Notes under the pieces: generated by a model
The model's input: the letters and a program-made list of their open reading frames with translations, nothing else
Databases searched by the model: none
What the model was told of the DNA's origin: nothing
Shown here: positions 56,490 to 64,000 of the stretch, one piece after another
Layout of the letters: every line of letters starts with the position of its first letter
How positions within the stretch are numbered: the first letter of the stretch is position 1
Translations under genes and position numbers: made by a program
Assembly: GCA_000934665.2 (NCBI GenBank)
Contig: KZ538399.1
Span: 1-64,000, forward strand
Direction of reading: 5' to 3'
Length of the DNA: 64,000 bases
Origin: Catajapyx aquilonaris
Taxonomy: Eukaryota

Positions 56490-58644
56490 CACATCTATGT
56501 ACTATGGGGCTCAAATTGTTTTGGCCACTTTATCCTGGTCTTGAAGCAACCCTTCACACATACACCTGCTCAACGTGGGGCCTGTGCGAAGGGTTGCTTC
56601 ATGACCAGGATAAAGTGGCCAAACCAATTTGAGCCCCGGAGTACTTCATTTCCTTTTACACCATTTTTTTACACCAGCAATATTTAATTTTGAATGCTGC
56701 TGCCTCACACCCTCTCGCTTGAGACTTTCTGCCTTCAATAATGATCGATATGCCCAAGCTAATGTTGAAAGGCACATATATAATTGGATATTTTGGAGCC
56801 CCAATCCAATATTATTGCTAGCGGTTTATATGTACACCACGCACCAACTTCCCAAAATTAGGCAAAAATTAGGCAACATTGCGAAAGTGGAGAGCGAGAG
56901 AGACGCAGACCAGGCAGCGACATCCGACGGCGAAGTAAGCAAGTCGCCACCCTGGAGGTGGCGCCCCGCGGCTGGAACGGCGTTTATGGGAACTCCGTGG
57001 AAAGGTCGCGATGGTTTTTTTAAGGCGGTCGGCATTTTTTGCGTTTTATAAATTCCCCGGACACTATTTCCAAATAACGGCAAATGTTTATTGCAAATAT
57101 AGAAAAGGCGGGCTAAATTTTGACATCACTCCCAATGCTGTACGCCGTACACAGCGGGAGGAATCGCCATCACCGTATAGGGTGAAAGCTCTCATTTTTT
57201 GTGGCTATAATGTAGTACTTATACATAAACCCAGATGTTTGTTAGTGTTCCTGGAACCGAAAAAGAAAATAAATTACTGCCTCTTTTGCAGTTACCACGT
57301 AGTTCCAAACGAGAATGAAAAATATACTATGCTCTGCAGTCGATTTTTTTCTAAGTTGGTTGTTTGAAAGCAGTTATTTTTAGACTAATATTAGTAGTAT
57401 TGTACTGTACAGCATGCTGTACAGTATATTGAGCAATAATTCTGGACCTGGATTGCAATGAATTTCCAAGCCGTAATTTCACTAATTTGACTCACTGGCA
57501 CCTGAGGCCAATGGCTGAACCCATTTTTCTTCAGCCTATCCGCCTAAAATTAGAAGCCATAATTTTTGATAGCCTCTAAAGTAACGTTATGATAACTATA
57601 TGAAACAATAAGCAGTTTAGTGCGAAAAATCTCGAACTGAAACTGACACTCAATATTGTAATATAATGTATCTATATCTGACCATTAAAATGCAATGAAA
57701 ATTAAATATGCACGTAGCTGATTTGAGATGGAATTTGTCCTAGGAATATGCTAAATAACCATTTTGCATGTGGAAAGCTGATCATACCATCTGGCTGAGT
57801 TATATTTTGCAAGTGATTCTTGTGAGGCATTTGAATGCCGTGATTGATGTGCCAGGGGATATAGATGTAGACATGGAAACAGTGGACCCATAATATTCTA
57901 GTCTGAAAATAAAATATTCAATTTGACCCAGATAATCTACTCAGACAGCTGTATCCCTCATTCACCCCTATCAGTTTGTGTGTGTGCAGAAGTGGCAACA
58001 CTCGGATTCAGGGATGACTGCAGTTTTCAGGTTTGAGAAAATAGCACTGATCTGCAAAGGGCCCCAGGGCGGGAACTGGTACCTACCGTAATTTACCGCC
58101 ATTATTTATGCATAGCATAGGACTCAAAGGGTACAGTACAGTGCCAATACTACGTCAAGTAGATCAGACTACACTACATACCACGAATGTAGTGTGGACA
58201 AATATTATATACGCGCTACGCTACACGCGTTTATAATATTTGGTGTGGATGCACCACATTTTAATGATTATAAATTGTTTATAAAAATTTTCCCCAAACT
58301 CCCATATGCTTTATAACCGGCCAGGCAGTTTGCTTCTCTACTTGTTGACCCGTTCCCATCTACCCGTCTGCGGCAACTGCGGAAATAAGGGGGAAAATGC
58401 TTTTATGCCTTGTGACGTGTTCAGACTGCAGGTATGTATTAATAATGTTCTTAGTGCCAGTTCAGTGGATGTGATCTTTTTCCTTCATGTCTCATAGTGA
58501 ATTGAAGTGTAGCCTAAGATACCGGTACTCTATCTGTTCTCCTTGAAATCGATTCATGTCACACTTTTACAGAATGCTATGGCTCAAACTTCCTTTTAAA
58601 AAATGCGTGCATTCCTGTTATTGTTATGATATGATCTAAAGTCC

Positions 58645-58882
58645 GTTAAACGAAAGAACGACTTGACATCGTTTTGTTTACCGACTCCTGTAGTCGACGG
58701 AAATCTGCCGAACGCACCTCTGGTCCTCTGGAAAATTCCACTTTTCCTGTTTCCATGGAGATGTCCTCATCACCGTCTTCATACAACAATATGCCAACAA
58801 TTGGTCCAGAGGTGCGTTTGGCAGATTTCCGTTGACTAGGAGTCGGTAAACAAAACGATGTCAGATCGTCCTTTTGTTTAAC
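58645..58882. mobile_element. Foldback MITE, same family as 6658-6851
   Basis: ~80-bp inverted arms; internal GCACCTCTGG..CCACTTTTCC.GTTTCCATGGAGATG shared with the SIK intron copy. Confidence 0.75.
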
Positions 58883-59682
58883 TGACTTTACCACCGGTTT
58901 ACTCTTTTGATTTCAGTTGTTTCGGCATTTTTAATACAGTAGCCTGTAAATTTCTCCACTTACAGTAATAATCACGTATATTAGACTGCAATGCAGCTTC
59001 ATTATTATCAACAAAAAGAACGGCTGTGACCTTGACAAAATATTGTTTGTTAAAAAGTGATCAAAAACTGGACATGATTGGGAAGTGATCTGAGCTAGTT
59101 AACTCCAGTAGGCTATATTGCTTCAGTTGACACAGATGTACGGTGAGTACTACAATTCACCAGCTTTATCAGATTGAGTAGAATCGTTCAAAACAAACAA
59201 AGAATTTATTGTCAACGAGTAAGCTCATTACACTCCAGCCCAGACTGTTTACTCTTCGGACAAAAATTCTGGTTCGTACATACCGGCCAAGTGTTATGGA
59301 AGCCTTTATTTTTTGATTTTAAAAATAGATAATATATTATGGGATTCATGAGCTTTGGCACACTGTTGTGCTACTCCTTTTCAGACTTTCGCACCCTGCG
59401 ACCTCCCCTCATTACTCGGCTATGATTTTCCTTATTATTTCCTTTATTACAGTGGTGTCTATTCTGCAAAAAATACCCGTAATATTAAGAATAATAGCTT
59501 TGTTTTTTTCGTGCGGGGTTCGTGTATTTGTCAATAAAAGAATTATTTTTTTCATATTATTTTTCCAACAATAATCGTAGCAATTTTTTATGCGAATGTA
59601 TGGGACGCCAGATTTTGGAACACTCAAGTTTTTAGTGGAAAGGGTTCATACTACGATAGTAGCCTATACTGTGAACGAAATA

Positions 59683-59978
59683 ATAAATAATAATAATAAT
59701 TCATACCCCGTTATCAGCCAACGGCTCTTTAGGGATTAGGGGGGAAGTTTGTTTTGCCTGGAACTCTTTGCTTTCATTTTACTGTGCTCTTTGGGATAGG
59801 ATAGGGACGGAAGGAAGCGGCTGTGGCCTATTAATTACGGAAGCAACTCCGGAATTTTCCTGGAAGGACCGTGGGAAACCACAGAAAACCACGATCAGAG
59901 TTGCCGGCCCCGGGATTTGATCCCAGGTCCTCCCGATTAGCAGTCGGGCACCATATCCCCTCCTCCAAACTGCTTTGG
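59683..59978 (-). mobile_element. tRNA-derived SINE
   Basis: Body matches the 19048 copy; 18-bp TSD TATACTGTGAACGAAATA at 59665-59682 and 59979-59996. Confidence 0.9.
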
Positions 59979-61270
59979 TATACTGTGAACGAAATATTAA
60001 GTTAAAGCTGGAATGTATCTCTAAAAAGTTTGTCATATGAAACAGGGGTCGATGTATTGCGAGTTTTCGATCTTCAAAATGTAGGAGTTAGGTGGAAAGT
60101 GTAGTGTTATTTTCATCTTAATATTTTCTTGAGAGGTAGATGCAGTTCCAAATTTTCGAGTTTCAGGTGGTAATCCTGGCCTGCCTATATTGTCGCTGTG
60201 AGAATGTATGTAGATGAATTTAATTTCATATGAACATCTTCATCAACGAAGATCAGGTGTCGAGGATGGCATGGCATCATATATTCCGAAAACGATCGTT
60301 TTGCCGTCACGATTTGTATTTGGTGTGGATCAATAATACGAGAGTGACTTATTTGTTGAATTGGGTTTAGCGTGATGTGGCGGGAAGAGGTAGTTGAGTC
60401 ACAACTGTACACCTGTAAGAGCGACCCCCTACCTGCCCCCTATGTCCAGTCCATTTAAACGTCAGGGACAATTAGCGACGAAGGCGGGCAATTCAAAATA
60501 GCTTTATACTGCCCAAGACTCGCAAAAATATCCGCAAAATGTCTATAATTCCACCATGTAGTTATGCAGCTCCTATGGGTTTTGTGCGAAGAGCAGGACG
60601 AGTCGTCTCTCTATCCAGCATTGCCGAAGACTACCAGCGCTCCCGCTCTGCTCATAGTCAGGGGCTATCGATCTGCTACAAATTCCGCACTGCTCCTGCC
60701 CAGAAACCGCGCTGTGTCGGATTCCACCGATGTAATCTCCATTTCCTTTCCTGGACGTAAGTTCCACGCCATTTTAGATCCCATCATTAATATAAAATAA
60801 CTTGGCGGCCAATGTCACCTCATTGCAGTCGGCCAAAATATGCCCTCATATATTCATGACGCACTGCGGTTGACTATGACGTGACAGTGTACAGTCAGAG
60901 GTGATGCTTAAAATAAATATTGCTCTGCCGCATAGTCAAAATGAGATTGGCAGTGGACTCAATATGGTCATTTCCAGTCTTGTGCAGTGTGGGTGTGGTG
61001 GAGGCGGTGGGAAGTGGTGTTGCGACGGCGCGTACGTCGCCGATAGTCGGCACCCAGCCTCAGCATCGCCAGAAGGACTGGGCGTCGGAGGCGTCGCCGT
61101 CGCCGCATCCTGAACGGCGCCAGCCCTTTGGCGCCAGCAACTACAGGCGCCTCATCTGTCCCGTGCCATTCAGCTCCAAGAATGGCCAGCAACACTGTCT
61201 TCCCGAGGTCAGCTGTGACCACCAAGAAGACAAGGATGACGACGTTTTCCAGGACATCCTAGAGTCGAAG

Positions 61271-63675
61271 ATGGGTAATCAGCAGGGGAAGGACAAGAAG
61301 GCCAAAGCGGCCGAGAAGGCCGCTGCTTCGACACCAACCGGACCACCCGCGACAACCCCATCGAAGGAGAGCCCCAAATTGGGCCGGTTCTTACATCGCC
61401 GGTAAGTCATCTGGTCCACCCCAGATCGATTCGTGTCTAAGTTATTTATGCGTAACCGCGCTATGTTTGAACCCTTAGTGGTTCCAAGAAGTCCCCAGGT
61501 CGGGGCGCCTCCAGCACCACTCCTGCCAAGCGTCTGGCGCCACCACCACCCGTCTCGGCGACCTCCACAAGCACCCGTAGCAAGGGCAGCACTGCCACAG
61601 TTACCACCAGCAGCAGTGGCGGGAAGGTTGTGACCACCGATTCGTGGCGGCAGGTGCAACGGCTGACGTCACAGCCGGAAGGGGCTCTCGAGGCTGCCGC
61701 CGCTGCTGCCGCTGCTGCCAGACCTGCTGGTGGCACCGAAGAGGAAGGTGATAGCGTGGTTGGTCCTGAAGAGGTGGTGCTGCTTCTGGCCAGCCCGGAC
61801 CAGAGCAACAGCACCACCTCCGAATCGGGCCCTTTCACCGACCCGCAGGCGGGTCCACCCCCGGGCAGCCTCTCTGGCAGCTTCTACTCAGATACCAACA
61901 CCAGCAACCATCAGGTGGCTGAAGAGGTGGTGGCCGCTTCAGAGGAGGACGAGGACGAAAGGAGGACTCCAACCCCGGGCACTCCCGATGACCTCGGACA
62001 CTATGAAGAGGCGAAGGAGGAGGCGGATCAAGAGGGCAAAGAAAAAGGACCTCAGCATCACCTGAAGCGAGATAAGACCAAGAGGGTGAGTGGAATCCCC
62101 CGACCTCCACCTGTTTTTTTTATATAATATTACGTGCGATGCGATTACCTGGGAACGGAGCCCAGTCCGTTTTCAACTCGGGACGTTCACCCCTGGAAGG
62201 TATGAATGACCCGGACCAAGTTTGTCACGATCAAAGGATTTGCCTAGAGTCTACCCAACGTTTTTGACAAAACAAAATACCAATGGCATAACAACAATGA
62301 TCCGGGAACTATGTATGCGTTGCTATTGACACCTAAGTCCACATTCAAATTGCAGAGGAAGCTGTCTAGAACACATGTGAACTCCTCCAAAAATGGGACA
62401 AGTAATGGCATACCTGACTCCTGTCGAGGTGAGATCAGTAATGTAGGGTGCAGGAACTAAAAATACGCTCGAGTCAGCTGGTGCGGAAACGATATCGGTA
62501 TTGAGCATATGTCAGGGTATGGGTTCTCTGATAACTGATGTCCTTGGGGGAATTCGGGCCGGATTTGTCGAGGCGCTTCTCCGGAGCTGATTCAGGTTTG
62601 TGATAGGGACTTTTAAATAATTATTTAAATAATTATTGACGATGGGCGTTGGTACACTCGTGTATTTTTGCTGGCGATTGTACAGTGATACATTTTGGTG
62701 ATGATGTCGATGAGTTGTACGGCCTTGGCTGAATTGGGAATACCAAGGACGGAACGCCCTAATAGCGCTTTGAGATTCGCCCATGCAAGTCACTCTTTGG
62801 AAAGCTATCAGTCAGAAAGTGCATCTTGAATCGTGTGTTGTTCGAGATGGTTCCTGCCATCAGTTTCATCGGGGTTGCACCAGATGCGACCCTGGAAGAC
62901 TTTATTGCGGCCTTGGAGATGCAGAAATCCGGGCTGATACATGCCAGAATCCAGGTTCGTAGATAGGTCCGGTTGTATAGCCTACCACTGCCAGCTGAAA
63001 AAGTGACAGGAAAAGAATTTAAAAAATATATATTGACAAGAATGAAAATGTTTCACGGCAACATCTGTTGACTTAGTTCCGGAAGTTTGGACGTACCGAA
63101 ATATGGACGATTTCAGGGTGACGTACCCCCAGACAGACCGATCGCGTGTAAGATATCGCCTCGTATCTTTTTTTAAAACCCGTCCGCCACCGGCGCTAAT
63201 TCGAATCGCATTATCCCAGGTCACGATCTGGCGTGTTGTTTCTCGTGAACAAAAAGGACAATATCTCAGCGATGACCTGAATATCTCCCCGACAACTATC
63301 GAAATCTCCGATTCGAGTTTTCGTTATTTCCCCATTTTGATAATGGATTGTCCTTATTTGCACAGGAAGCTGCAGATCCGGAAGAGGAACAGTTTGAGGA
63401 CTACTCTGGTGACGGCCTAGAAAGCCAAGGGTTGTCCGAAAGCAGCCAGGAGTTAGACATGCCAAGCCCCGGGTCCGCCCCGAGGCAGGCCCGTCGCTTG
63501 TCCACCCCGAGTGGTGGGAGTCACTCATCAGGCGGTGCCTTCACCCTGACCAGAAGACGTAAGGTGGAGATCCCACCTCAGAATCTTCCTGCTGCGGTCA
63601 ACTCCCATTCCTCATCTTCTACGGATGTGGGATTCAAGAAGGATCTGGCCCTTAGCCAGCAATGTTTGGTGCAAG
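61271..63675 (+). CDS. 5' part of a probable formin (cappuccino/FMN-like); gene continues beyond the window
   Basis: Exons 61271-61401, 61479-62085, 63366-63675 with GT-AG junctions and compatible phases. The MGNQQGKDKK start (cf. FMN2 MGNQDGK) and motifs TDSWR, SESGPFTDP, FTLTRRRKVEIP resemble recalled insect cappuccino N-termini. FH1/FH2 are not in the window, so the product call is weaker than the exon call. Confidence 0.65.
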
Positions 63676-64000
63676 GTATGATGGCCTCGGGGCGTGTCTA
63701 GCATGCGAGCTGGTTTGAGCCCGTGACGAATCCTAAAGAAAGGGAGGGTTTGACACCAAGTTTCTTATCATGTATGTTGGCGTGAGTTGAGCAGTTGTAT
63801 AGGGAGGGTTTTAAAAAAAGAAGCATAATGAAGAATGAGAGGTAATAATCCGGTCATGGTTTCTCGCACGCCGTTTGCGTCAAAATCGAGATGCGTAACG
63901 AGGAATGCTCTCGTTTCCTGCCCGAATCCAGTCCGTGAAGAGGGGCCAAAAACAATGATATTACAGAGGCAAATTGAATAAGGATGGTTAGAAAACGACG

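Noticed and set aside
56096..56687. Overlapping ORFs of 78-178 aa
   Set aside because: They arise from the GC-rich hAT MITE.

Overview
Eukaryotic (metazoan, most likely arthropod) genomic DNA with spliceosomal introns, one N gap and many small transposons. Genes reconstructed by hand from GT-AG junctions: an 11-exon salt-inducible kinase (SIK2-like, +, 1695-20048); mitochondrial ribosomal protein mL41 (-); hormone-sensitive lipase (+, head-to-head with mL41); a ~1050-aa secreted Cys-free Thr-rich mucin-like protein (-); a mitochondrial-type thioredoxin (-); a TMEM218 homologue (-); and the first three coding exons of a probable formin/cappuccino-like gene (+). Introns and intergenic DNA carry tRNA-derived SINEs with target-site duplications and many hAT, Tc1/mariner, PIF/Harbinger and piggyBac-type MITEs or foldback elements, some nested. 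Most notable observations: (1) a six-exon, phase-consistent, frameshift-free gene for a secreted protein at 48164-51062 that is broken only by stops explicable as C>T changes and is invisible in the ORF track; (2) a strong CRE-site cluster over the SIK promoter and first introns, plus an acidic uORF that stops one codon before the SIK ATG in the same frame; (3) a thioredoxin exon with no apparent promoter that may share TMEM218's non-coding first exon; (4) SINEs with different bodies sharing a 3' stem-loop tail. No database searches were run; all homology calls come from recalled motifs.
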